Origin: a bacterium
Lineage (GTDB): Bacteria > SAR324 > JACQKK01
Length of the DNA: 58,309 bases
NCBI GenBank assembly: GCA_041476685.1
Contig: JBGOTW010000001.1
Location: 1 to 58,309, forward strand
Direction of reading: 5' to 3'
The position numbers and the translations under genes are program-made. Shown here piece by piece: positions 1 to 8,879 of the stretch (its first letter is position 1; every line of letters starts with the position of its first letter). The notes under the pieces were generated by a model, which saw only the letters and a program-made list of their open reading frames with translations, was not told the origin of the DNA and made no database searches.

Positions 1-2
1 CG

Positions 3-1172
3 GCCGCGAACGGCGCGGCGGCGGACTGGTGCGAGCTGGACGGCGGCTACCGCAAGGCCGTCTGCCACGCCGGACTCTACACGCTCTCGGCCCTGCTGGC
101 CGAGGCGGAAGCCGAGCGCCTGCCCATCGGCGAGCTGCTGCGGGCCGCCACGGTCGGCTACGAGGTCGTGGCCCGAGTGGGCCGGGCGTGGGAGCACCCG
201 CGCCTCGTGCTGCATCCCCATGCCAGCCTCGCCGCGGTCGGGGCCGCGGCAGGAGTGGCGGCCGCCCGGCGGCTCGACCCGCCGGTCTTCCTCGACGCGG
301 TGACCTCGGCGACGAGCCTGATCGCCGCGGGTCCGTGGAATCACGCCGTGCAGGGCGCCCTGGTGCGCAATGTGTGGCCGGCGGCAGGCGCGTGGCTCGG
401 CCTGCGCGCCGTGGACTGGGCACAGTGCGGCATCGGCGGGCTGCCGGGCACGCCCTACGACGTGTACAGCGACATTCTCGGTGGCACCGCCCACCCGGAG
501 CGGCTGACCGCCCGCCTGGGCGAGGAGTGGGCGGTCGCGGACGGCTACCACAAGCTCTACGCCTGCTGCCAGTACGCCCATTCCAGCGTCGAGGCCGTGC
601 TCGGGCTGCGTCCCGAACTGCTGCGGGCCGACCCGCCCCGGGCGGACTTGCTGCGTCCCGACCCGCTGCGGGCGGACCTGCCGCGCGCAATCCGGGCGAT
701 CACGGTGGAAGTGAGCCCGGGCGGCCTGACCCTCAACAATTACCGTCCCCGCACGACACTCGCAGCCAAGTTCTCCATCCCCCACGCGGTGGCCGCCGCC
801 CTGACTTTCGGCAGCGCAGGTGCGGAGGGCTTTTCGAGCGCCACGCTCGCGCAGCCGGAGATGGAAGCCCTGCGCGGCAAGGTGCAGCTCAAGCCCTACG
901 CACCGCTCCTGCCCTTTCCGAACGACAGGCCCTCCCGCGTGACGGTGGAGCTATGCGATGGCCGGCGCATCGTGCGCGAATGCTTAAGCGCCCAGGGCGG
1001 CCCGGATCGCCCCTTCGCGGAGGCGGACATCTTCCGCAAGATCCGGCAGCTGACCGAGCCAGTCTATCCGGACTTCGCCGGCACCATGGAGGACCTGCTG
1101 ACGTCCATGCCCGCGCAGTTGAGCGAGCCCTGGGACGGTTTCTTGGGCCGCCTGCTGCACGGCACGGCCTGA
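3..1172 (+). CDS. MmgE/PrpD-family (2-methylcitrate dehydratase-like) protein, 5'-truncated by the window edge
   Basis: The frame is open from nt 3. The translation (..LPIGELLRAATVGYEVVARVGRAW.. HKLYACCQYAHSSVEAVL..) looks like the C-terminal half of PrpD/MmgE proteins. GC3 bias is strong. The gene contains an in-frame 5x15-nt repeat at 615-689. Confidence 0.8.
   Translation, partial: AANGAAADWCELDGGYRKAVCHAGLYTLSALLAEAEAERLPIGELLRAATVGYEVVARVGRAWEHPRLVLHPHASLAAVGAAAGVAAARRLDPPVFLDAVTSATSLIAAGPWNHAVQGALVRNVWPAAGAWLGLRAVDWAQCGIGGLPGTPYDVYSDILGGTAHPERLTARLGEEWAVADGYHKLYACCQYAHSSVEAVLGLRPELLRADPPRADLLRPDPLRADLPRAIRAITVEVSPGGLTLNNYRPRTTLAAKFSIPHAVAAALTFGSAGAEGFSSATLAQPEMEALRGKVQLKPYAPLLPFPNDRPSRVTVELCDGRRIVRECLSAQGGPDRPFAEADIFRKIRQLTEPVYPDFAGTMEDLLTSMPAQLSEPWDGFLGRLLHGTA
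615..689. repeat. In-frame tandem repeat, 5 x 15 nt (pentapeptides ELLRA-DPPRA-DLLRP-DPLRA-DLPRA) inside the PrpD-like gene
   Basis: The units gaactgctgcgggcc / gacccgccccgggcg / gacttgctgcgtccc / gacccgctgcgggcg / gacctgccgcgcgca were read directly from the sequence. Confidence 0.85.
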
Positions 1173-1409
1173 GCCGCGGTAGCCAGTGTAGGCGGCAATG
1201 GCCGGCATGAGCCGCGGTAGTCGGCGTAAGCCGCAGGTGGCGCAGGACAGCCCGTGCGCGGCGGCGGGAATGTGCGGCCCTCGATTGCGCGGCAAACGGC
1301 ATTGCGGCGCATAGCGTGAAAGTCGGGCCCGCAGCGTCGGCCATGCCTGTTTGGACATGAGGGACAGGTCGCCGTCCGTCGCGGAGCAGGCTTCTCAGGA
1401 GGCAGACCG

Positions 1410-2645
1410 ATGGCCGAATTTCCGTTTCCCCTCGTCACCATCGAGGGTCCGCCGCTGGAGCGGGGACGTCAGTATGGCCGGCAAGCGCGCGAGCGCATCC
1501 ATGCCGCGCTGCGGGTATACGCACCGGCGTGGAGCGCGGGGGGCGCCGGGAATCGCGACGCCCTGCTGGCCCGGGCGCGGGAATTCGCGCAAGTGATCCG
1601 CGGGCGCTTCCCGGACCTGCTGGAGGAGATGCAGGGGATTGCCGAAGGCGCAGACCTGGTCCTGGAAGACGTGGTCGCGCTCAATGCGCGCACCGAACTT
1701 CTCTACGGCGCCAACTCCGCCCAAGGCGCTGCCAAAGCCGTCCAGGACGGAATGAATGCGGCCAAAGGCAAAGGCATCGCGAAGACCGCGAAAGGCGGTG
1801 CGAAATCCGCCAAGCGTAAAGCGCAGACCCCACCGGACGGCTGCACGGGCGCCGTAATCTTGCCGGAGCGTTCCGGCGGGCGCGTCATCATCGGGCAGAA
1901 CTGGGACTGGCGCCCGGCGTGCCGGGACCTGGCGATCCTGCTGCGCATCGTGCCGGAGCAGGGGCCGCGCATCCTGACATTCGTGGAAGCCGGCATGCTG
2001 GCCCGCAGCGGGATGAATTCGGCCGGGATCGGGCTGTGCGGCAACTTCCTCCAGTCCGACCAGGATTTCCGCCAGTCGGGCGTGCCGATCCCCCTGCTGC
2101 GCCGGGCGATGTTGCAGTCCGAGACGCTGGCCCAGGCGGTGGGCGCGGTGCTGCGGTCGCCGCGCGCCTTCTCCTCCAATCACCTGCTGGCGCACCGCGA
2201 CGGCGAAGCGATCGATCTCGAGTCCTCTCCCCCGGAGGTGTTCACGCTGTTCGCCGAGCAGGGCCTGCTCGCCCATGCGAACCATTTCAAGGCCGCCCAG
2301 GGTCGGGTCAGGGACACCGGCCTGGCCCGATATCCGGACAGCCTGTTCCGGGACCGGCGCGTCCTGGTCCAACTGAATCGCCAGGACGGCCCTTTGACGG
2401 CCGACGATCTGAAGCTCGCGCTCCAGGACCATTTCGGGCTGCCCGATTCCGTCTGCCGCCACCGGGCGGCGCGGGCGGACGGCGTGGAGATCGAGACGGT
2501 CGCATCCGTCGTGATGGACTTGACGCAGGGCGTCTTGTGGGTGGCGCCGGGGCCTGTGTGCCGGAACGAGTACCGGGCTTTCACCCTGGACGGCGAAGTG
2601 CGCGAAGCGGGGGGCGCGGTGGTGGATTTCAGGAGACGCGGGTGA
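1410..2645 (+). CDS. Peptidase C45 / acyl-CoA:6-aminopenicillanic-acid acyltransferase family protein
   Basis: N-terminus is MAEFPFPLVTIEGPPLERGRQYG. A candidate Gly-Cys autoprocessing site (..PPDG-CTGAVIL..) is followed by GQNWDW, as in C45/IAT-like Ntn hydrolases. The stop overlaps the next start. Confidence 0.8.
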   Translation: MAEFPFPLVTIEGPPLERGRQYGRQARERIHAALRVYAPAWSAGGAGNRDALLARAREFAQVIRGRFPDLLEEMQGIAEGADLVLEDVVALNARTELLYGANSAQGAAKAVQDGMNAAKGKGIAKTAKGGAKSAKRKAQTPPDGCTGAVILPERSGGRVIIGQNWDWRPACRDLAILLRIVPEQGPRILTFVEAGMLARSGMNSAGIGLCGNFLQSDQDFRQSGVPIPLLRRAMLQSETLAQAVGAVLRSPRAFSSNHLLAHRDGEAIDLESSPPEVFTLFAEQGLLAHANHFKAAQGRVRDTGLARYPDSLFRDRRVLVQLNRQDGPLTADDLKLALQDHFGLPDSVCRHRAARADGVEIETVASVVMDLTQGVLWVAPGPVCRNEYRAFTLDGEVREAGGAVVDFRRRG

Positions 2646-3517
2646 TCGGCACCGATGTCGTGCTCCAGGTGATCCTGAGCGGCCTGTTGACCGGCTGCGT
2701 GTACGCCCTGATCGCCATCGGCTTCACGCTGGTGTTCGGGGTGACGGACATCGTGAACTTCGCCCACGGGCACCTGGTGATGGCGGCGATGTTCGCCAGC
2801 TACGTCCTCTTCCGTTTCGCCGGAATGGATCCCTACGTCTCGCTGCTGGTCGTCCTGCCCGCGTTCTTCCTGCTCGGCATGGTCCTCTACTGGCTGGTGA
2901 TCGACCGCATCGTGGAGGCGCCCCACTTCGCCCACATGATGGTGACGCTGGGCGTGCTGATCTTCCTCGAGAACCTGATGAATTTCTTCTTCGGCGGGGA
3001 CTTGCGGGGGGTGACGACGTCCTACACGACGACGTCGCTGCCGCTGGGGGGGATCAGCGTCCCGGTGGCGCGCGCGGCGGCCGCGGCGATGAGCCTCTTG
3101 GCCGTGGCCCTGCTGTCGCTGTTCCTGCGCCTGTCGCGCTTCGGCAGGGCGATCCGGGCGGCGGCCAACAATCGCATGGCGGCGCAACTCGTCGGGATCG
3201 ACGTGCGGCGCGTGTACTTGGTCTCCTTTGCCATCGGCACGGGGATCGTGGCGCTCGCGGGGGCGGTGATGATGCCGTACTCCCTCGTCAGTCCGTTCGT
3301 CGGCGACGAATTCATGCTCAAGGCTTTCGTCATCGCGATCGTCGGCGGGCTGGGCAGCGTGACCGGGGCGCTGGCCGGAGGCGTGCTGATCGGACTGGTG
3401 GAGGCGCTGGCGGGGCTGTTCCTCGTGGCGTCGCTGGGAAATGCAATCGTGTTCGGCATTCTCATTCTGGTGCTGTTATTCCGGCCGGCGGGCCTGCTGC
3501 GCCGGGCAGGGGAGTAA
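2642..3517 (+). CDS. livH: Branched-chain amino acid ABC transporter permease (LivH type)
   Basis: The GTG at 2642 overlaps the upstream stop (GTGA). Translation VLQVILSGLLTGCVYALIAIGFTLVFGVTDIVNFAHGH is the typical LivH N-terminus. The protein is polytopic and hydrophobic. Confidence 0.9.
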   Translation: MIGTDVVLQVILSGLLTGCVYALIAIGFTLVFGVTDIVNFAHGHLVMAAMFASYVLFRFAGMDPYVSLLVVLPAFFLLGMVLYWLVIDRIVEAPHFAHMMVTLGVLIFLENLMNFFFGGDLRGVTTSYTTTSLPLGGISVPVARAAAAAMSLLAVALLSLFLRLSRFGRAIRAAANNRMAAQLVGIDVRRVYLVSFAIGTGIVALAGAVMMPYSLVSPFVGDEFMLKAFVIAIVGGLGSVTGALAGGVLIGLVEALAGLFLVASLGNAIVFGILILVLLFRPAGLLRRAGE

Positions 3518-3620
3518 TTCCGGCCTTCCGGCACTTCAGGGTGCCGGTCCCGGGCGGGCGGGCGCGCGTCGTGGCCGCTTGGCGTTGCAGTGGGCATGCG
3601 TTGCAGCAGAGGGGGCGGCG

Positions 3621-4583
3621 GTGAAGATATCGGCACGGTTCGGGTGGGTCGGGCTCGCCGCGCTGGGGGTGCTGGCCCTGCTGCTGCCCTCGGTCGCGAG
3701 CAAGCACATCCTCACCGCGGCCATCGTCGCCCTGCAGATGTCCTACCTGGCGCAATGCTGGAACATCGCCGCAGGCTACGCCGGGCAGTTCTCCCTCGGC
3801 CACAGCGTGTTCCTGGGTATCGGCGGCTATACCTCGACGATGCTGTTCGTCTCCCTGGGGCTGACGCCGTGGCTGGGGATGTTCGCCGGGGCGCTGCTGG
3901 CGGGGCTCGTGGGCGTGCTGCTGGCCTTGATCGTGTACCGCTACAATATCCGCGGGGTGTTCTTCGCCGTGGTCACGCTGGGGTCCATGGAAGTCGCGCG
4001 GGGCCTGGCGGAGAACTGGGATTTCATCAAGGGTCCCGTGGGCATCGTGCTCACGCTGCAGGACGCGCCCGGCGAATTCCTCTTCCTCAGCCGGGTGCCG
4101 TTCTACTATGTCTCCCTCGCCATGGTCGTGCTGGCGGCCCTCGGCACGCGCTGGATCGAGGCGTCGCGGCTGGGCCAGTACCTGCTGGCGATCCGGGAGG
4201 ACGAGGAGGCGGCCGAAGCCTCGGGCATCGACACGCACCGCTACAAGGTCGTGGCGATCGGCCTGAGCGCCTTCGCGATCGCCTTTGCGGGCACGTTCTA
4301 CGCCCAGTTCTACCTTTACATTTCGCCGGGGAACCTGTTCAGCTTCGAGCCGCAGCTGAACATGATGCTCGGGGCCATGGTGGGCGGGGCGGGCACCGCG
4401 GGCGGCCCGATCCTGGGCGCGGTGCTGTTCAGCGCCATCGGCGAGGCCCTGCGCAACCTGCCCTTCGGCGAGCCGCGCCAGATCGCCATCCTCAGCAAGA
4501 TGATCTACGCCGTACTGTTGATCCTGATCGTCATGTATCTGCCGGGCGGGCTGATCCGCCTGTTCAAGCGCAGCGCAAGGTAG
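3621..4583 (+). CDS. livM: Branched-chain amino acid ABC transporter permease (LivM type)
   Basis: The GTG at 3621 is preceded by a purine-rich GAGGGGGCGGCG stretch. The LivM-like segment CWNIAAGYAGQFSLGHSVFLGIGGY is present. The upstream part of the track ORF (from 3441) is not protein-like. Confidence 0.85.
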   Translation: MKISARFGWVGLAALGVLALLLPSVASKHILTAAIVALQMSYLAQCWNIAAGYAGQFSLGHSVFLGIGGYTSTMLFVSLGLTPWLGMFAGALLAGLVGVLLALIVYRYNIRGVFFAVVTLGSMEVARGLAENWDFIKGPVGIVLTLQDAPGEFLFLSRVPFYYVSLAMVVLAALGTRWIEASRLGQYLLAIREDEEAAEASGIDTHRYKVVAIGLSAFAIAFAGTFYAQFYLYISPGNLFSFEPQLNMMLGAMVGGAGTAGGPILGAVLFSAIGEALRNLPFGEPRQIAILSKMIYAVLLILIVMYLPGGLIRLFKRSAR

Positions 4584-4586
4584 CCG

Positions 4587-5315
4587 TTGATGAGCGCCCT
4601 GCTGGAAGTCGAGGATCTGACGAAGCGGTTCGGGGGGCTGGAGGCCCTTGCGGACGTCTCGTTCTCCGTGGCGGAGGGCGAGATCGTGGGCATCATCGGC
4701 CCGAACGGGGCGGGCAAGACCACCCTGTTCAATGCGGTGACGGGATTCTTCAAGCCCGACCGGGGCCGGGTGTGCCTGCGCGGCCAGGACATCACGGGGC
4801 AGGCCCCACACCGCATCTGCAGGCAGGGGCTGGCGCGCACGTTCCAGCTCAGCAAGCCGTTCCCCCGCCTGACGGTGCTCCAGACCGTGCGCGTCGGGGC
4901 GCTGAACCGGATTTCCGATATGGCCGCCGCCACGGCCCGGGCGGAGGAGGTGCTCGACTTCATCGGCCTTGCCCACAAGCGCGACCAACTGGGTATCCAC
5001 CTCACGGTGTTGGAGCGCAAACGCCTCGAGCTGGCGCGCGCCTTCGCCACAGGGCCGGCGCTGCTGCTCCTGGACGAGGTGATCGCGGGCCTGCGCCCGA
5101 ACGAGGTGCAGGACATGATCGTGCTCGTGCGCAAGATCGCCGCCCAGGGCATCACGATCCTGCTGATCGAGCATGTCATGGAGGCCGTCATGAGCGTCTC
5201 GTCCCACCTGATCGTGCTCAACTACGGCCGTGTCATCGCGCAGGGCCCGCCCGCCGAGCTGGCCAAGCACCCCGACGTGATCGCCGCCTACCTGGGAAAG
5301 GCCTACCATGCTTGA
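4587..5315 (+). CDS. livG: ABC transporter ATP-binding protein (LivG type)
   Basis: Walker A GPNGAGKTT, a LivG-like N-terminus (LLEVEDLTKRFGGLEAL), and Walker B LLLLDEV. Confidence 0.9.
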   Translation: MMSALLEVEDLTKRFGGLEALADVSFSVAEGEIVGIIGPNGAGKTTLFNAVTGFFKPDRGRVCLRGQDITGQAPHRICRQGLARTFQLSKPFPRLTVLQTVRVGALNRISDMAAATARAEEVLDFIGLAHKRDQLGIHLTVLERKRLELARAFATGPALLLLDEVIAGLRPNEVQDMIVLVRKIAAQGITILLIEHVMEAVMSVSSHLIVLNYGRVIAQGPPAELAKHPDVIAAYLGKAYHA

Positions 5316-6024
5316 GGTGAGCGGCCTGGTCGTCGGCTACGGGGACGTCGAGGTGCTGCATGGCGTGTCGCTCTCGCTCGCCGCCGGCGAGGTCGTCTCC
5401 CTAGTCGGCGCCAATGGCGCGGGCAAGACGACGCTGCTGCGGGCGATCTCGGGCCTGCTGCCCGTGCGCGCCGGCAGGATCGAGCTGCAGGGCGAGTCGC
5501 TCGCCGGCCTGGCTCCCCACCGCATCGTGGAGCGGGGCATCGCCCACGTGCCGGAGGGACGCCAGCTGTTCACGCGGCTGTCCGTGGAGGAGAACCTGCG
5601 GCTGGGAGCCTACCTGCCCCGCGCCCAGCAGAGTGAGCCCGAGACGCTCGCCTGGGTGCTTGAGCTGTTCCCCCGCCTCGCCGACCGCCGCAGGCAGATC
5701 TCCGGCACGTTGAGCGGAGGGGAGCAGCAGATGCTGGCCATCGCGCGCGGGCTGATGCTCAAGCCCAAGCTCCTGCTGCTGGACGAGCCCTCGCTGGGTC
5801 TGGCGCCCTTGCTCGTCGGCCAGATTTTTGAAACCGTGGACAAGATCAACTCGGAGGGAGTAGCGGTCCTGCTGGTCGAGCAGAACCTCGTGCAATCCCT
5901 CGAACACTCTCACCGCGGTTACGTCCTGGAGACGGGGCGCGTCGTACACGAGGGAAAGGCCGACGAGCTGCAGGCGGACCCGCGCACGCTCCAGGCGTTC
6001 CTTGGCATCCCGGCCGAGTCCTGA
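5308..6024 (+). CDS. livF: ABC transporter ATP-binding protein (LivF type)
   Basis: Walker A GANGAGKTT, signature LSGGEQQMLAI, Walker B LLLLDEPS. It overlaps livG by 8 nt. Confidence 0.9.
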   Translation: MLEVSGLVVGYGDVEVLHGVSLSLAAGEVVSLVGANGAGKTTLLRAISGLLPVRAGRIELQGESLAGLAPHRIVERGIAHVPEGRQLFTRLSVEENLRLGAYLPRAQQSEPETLAWVLELFPRLADRRRQISGTLSGGEQQMLAIARGLMLKPKLLLLDEPSLGLAPLLVGQIFETVDKINSEGVAVLLVEQNLVQSLEHSHRGYVLETGRVVHEGKADELQADPRTLQAFLGIPAES

Positions 6025-6080
6025 CCCCGAAAACGTCGGGACCCATCGCAGTGGACTCTCGCAGCAGACGAGGAGACAGA

Positions 6081-7346
6081 ATGACTGCACGCATCGGAAG
6101 GAACGCCCTGAACGGAAAGATCGGACGCCGCAGCGCGCTGAAGGCCGGCGCCGCCGCCCTGGCCGCCGTCGCGGCCCCGGGCATCCTGCGCGCTCAGGCC
6201 AACAAGGAGGTCGTGCTCGCGGCCGTCGTCGCCCTGACCGGTCCGAACGCGGCCTGGGGCCAGCGCACCTGGCGCGCGTTCCAGGTCGGCTGCGACGAGG
6301 TCAACCGCATGGGCGGCATCAAGTCGCTGGGCGGGGCGAAGATCCGCTACATCGTCGCCGACACCGAGAGCAAGCCGGAGGTGGCGGGCTCCCAGACGGA
6401 GAAGGTGATCAGCCAGGGCGCCATCGCCATCACCGGCACGAATCAGAGCGCCGCGACGATCGTCACGACGCAGATCTCCGAGCGCGAGCAGGTGCCGTTC
6501 GTCTGCGCGACGGACGTGGATCCGCTCATCACCTCGCGCGGCTTCAAGTACACGTTCCGCACCTCCCCGCTGATCGGCGCCTATGCGCGGGACCTGCTGA
6601 CCTACGTGCGGGATCTCAGCGCGCAGGCGGGCAAGCCGGCCAAGAAGCTGGCGATCCTCAGCGAGAACTCGATCGTGGGGCAAAGCTCTCTCAAGGTGTC
6701 CTCGGAGATCGGCAAGGCGCTGGGGTACGAGGTCGTGGAGGCGGCATCCTACGACGCGAGCAAGTCCCAGAACTTCACCGGATACATCGCCAAGTACAAG
6801 AGCGCGGGCGTGGACCTGGTGGTCGGGCACAACAAGCCCAGCGACGCGATCCTCATCACGCGCACCATGAAGGAGCTGAACTTCAACATCCCGGCCTACG
6901 GCGGAATTCTCGGCGGCCATGTCTCCTCGGAATACCTGGAGGCGCTGGGGAAGGACGCGGACAACGTGTTCGCGACGACGAGCTGGTCCCCGGACCTGTC
7001 CATCCCCGGGCTGCAGGAGCTGGGCACGCTGTACCGGCAGCGCTGGAGCGAGGACATGGACTCCACCGCCGCGGGCGGCTTCACGGCCCTCGCGGTGATT
7101 TGGGAAGGTCTCGAGCGGGCGGGCTCCACCGACGGCAAGAAGCTGCGCGACGCCATCGCCGGAGTCGACATGAAGACCGGCGACCGCATGTACTTGCAGC
7201 TGCGCGGCGCGAAGTTCGAGCCGAACGGCGAGAACGAGCGGGCGGGCGGGCTCGTATTCGTCATCCGCAACAAGACCTGGCTCCCCGTGGCGCCCGCGGA
7301 GTTCGCGAAAGCCAAGGCCATCTACCCGAAGCCCAACTGGGCCTAG
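6081..7346 (+). CDS. ABC transporter substrate-binding protein (type I periplasmic binding fold, Liv-like) with a Tat-type signal
   Basis: The ATG at 6081 follows GGAGACAG. The twin-arginine signal is GRRSALKAGAAALAAVAAPGILRAQA. The mature part resembles Leu/Ile/Val-binding-protein family members. It sits next to livHMGF. Confidence 0.85.
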   Translation: MTARIGRNALNGKIGRRSALKAGAAALAAVAAPGILRAQANKEVVLAAVVALTGPNAAWGQRTWRAFQVGCDEVNRMGGIKSLGGAKIRYIVADTESKPEVAGSQTEKVISQGAIAITGTNQSAATIVTTQISEREQVPFVCATDVDPLITSRGFKYTFRTSPLIGAYARDLLTYVRDLSAQAGKPAKKLAILSENSIVGQSSLKVSSEIGKALGYEVVEAASYDASKSQNFTGYIAKYKSAGVDLVVGHNKPSDAILITRTMKELNFNIPAYGGILGGHVSSEYLEALGKDADNVFATTSWSPDLSIPGLQELGTLYRQRWSEDMDSTAAGGFTALAVIWEGLERAGSTDGKKLRDAIAGVDMKTGDRMYLQLRGAKFEPNGENERAGGLVFVIRNKTWLPVAPAEFAKAKAIYPKPNWA

Positions 7347-7427
7347 GCGCGGATCCGCAGGAGGCGTGCGCTTGCGCAGGCCACCCTCCTGCCCGCCGCA
7401 CCGTACCTGCAACGAGGATACCCAAGC

Positions 7428-8831
7428 ATGTCCGAACCCGATGCCGCCGTGTCCCGCCTGCTGCAGCACGCGGCGGAAGTCGCGCCGCAGCTGGTGCCGT
7501 GGCGGCGCGCCCTGCACCGCTATGCGGAGACCGCCTGGACCGAGTTCCGCGCCTCCAGCCTGATCGCGCAGACGCTTTCCGGCCTCGGCTATCGCATCGC
7601 GCTGGGCCGGGCGATCCTGAAGGCCGACGCCCGCATGGGCGTGCCCGCGGAGGACGTGCTGGACGCGGCCTACCGCAGGGCGCTGGGCGAAGGGGCGGCC
7701 CCGGAACTGCTCAAGGAAATGCAGGGCGGCTTCACGGGCGTTGTCGCCCGGCTCAAGGGGGGCCGGCCGGGCCCCACCATCGGCTTCCGCTTCGACATTG
7801 ACGCCCTCGACATCGTCGAGTCGCGGGACGCCGGCCACCTGCCTGTCCGGGAGGGCTTCGCCTCCTGCCACGCTGGCGCCATGCATGCCTGCGGTCACGA
7901 CGGGCACACCGCCATCGGCCTGGGCGTCGCCCAGGTGATCGCGCGCCTGCGGGAGCGCTGGCCGGGCGAGGTGGTGCTGATCTTCCAGCCCTCCGAGGAA
8001 GGCACCCGGGGTGCCCGCGCGATGGTGGAAGCGGGCGTGGTGGACGACTGCCAGGCGCTGCTGTGCTGCCATCTGGGCGCCCAGTCCAGCCAGACCGGGC
8101 ACATCATCGGCGGGATCTCCAATTTCCTCGCGACGACGAAGCTGGACGCCGCCTTCACCGGGATCGAGGCCCACGCGGCGCTCGGGCCCGAGCAGGGCCG
8201 CAGCGCGCTGCTGGGCGCGGCCACGGCGCTGCTCAATCTGCACGCCCTGCCGCGCCACAGCGGGGGCGAATCGCGCGTGAACGTGGGCGTGCTGCACGGC
8301 GGATCGGGGCGCAACGTCGTGCCGGGGCGCGCGGAGATGAAGCTGGAGGTGCGGGGCGCGACCAACGCGGTGGTCGAGTACATGGAGGAGCGGGCCCGCG
8401 CCATCCTCCGCGCCGCGGCGGACATGCACGGGCTGAAGCTGGAGGTCAGCGTCGCCGGGGCCAGTCCCACGACGGCCAGCGACGCGGCGGCGATCGAGCG
8501 GGTGCGGCGGGCCGCGGCCCTGGTCCCGGAGGTGGAGCGCTTCGACCCGGCTGAAGTGGCCAAGGCGAGCGACGATGCGGCGGCCCTGATGCGGCGCGTG
8601 CAGGAGCGCGGCGGAATCGCCGCCTACGTGATCATCGGGGCGCGCCTGGCTGCCGGGCACCACACGCCCGGCTTCGACTTCGACGAGGCGGCCCTGCCCA
8701 TCGGCGTGAAGGTGCTCAGCCTTGCGGCGTGGAAGCTGGCCGCGGACCTCCCGGGCGCCGGCGCGGGCACCGGTACGGCTACCGGCAGGGGCGCGGAGTC
8801 CGGCTCCGCGGTCGCAGGCGGGCGCGGCTGA
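7428..8831 (+). CDS. M20D-family amidohydrolase (AbgA / hippurate-hydrolase-like)
   Basis: Metal-site motif HACGHDGH, FQPSEEG, and an overall M20D layout. The C-terminal tail is Gly/Ala-rich (PGAGAGTGTATGRGAESGS..). Confidence 0.85.
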   Translation: MSEPDAAVSRLLQHAAEVAPQLVPWRRALHRYAETAWTEFRASSLIAQTLSGLGYRIALGRAILKADARMGVPAEDVLDAAYRRALGEGAAPELLKEMQGGFTGVVARLKGGRPGPTIGFRFDIDALDIVESRDAGHLPVREGFASCHAGAMHACGHDGHTAIGLGVAQVIARLRERWPGEVVLIFQPSEEGTRGARAMVEAGVVDDCQALLCCHLGAQSSQTGHIIGGISNFLATTKLDAAFTGIEAHAALGPEQGRSALLGAATALLNLHALPRHSGGESRVNVGVLHGGSGRNVVPGRAEMKLEVRGATNAVVEYMEERARAILRAAADMHGLKLEVSVAGASPTTASDAAAIERVRRAAALVPEVERFDPAEVAKASDDAAALMRRVQERGGIAAYVIIGARLAAGHHTPGFDFDEAALPIGVKVLSLAAWKLAADLPGAGAGTGTATGRGAESGSAVAGGRG

Positions 8832-8879
8832 ACGACACGCGGAGCGGACGTGGCGCAACGAAAGACAGGGCGGGCGGAC

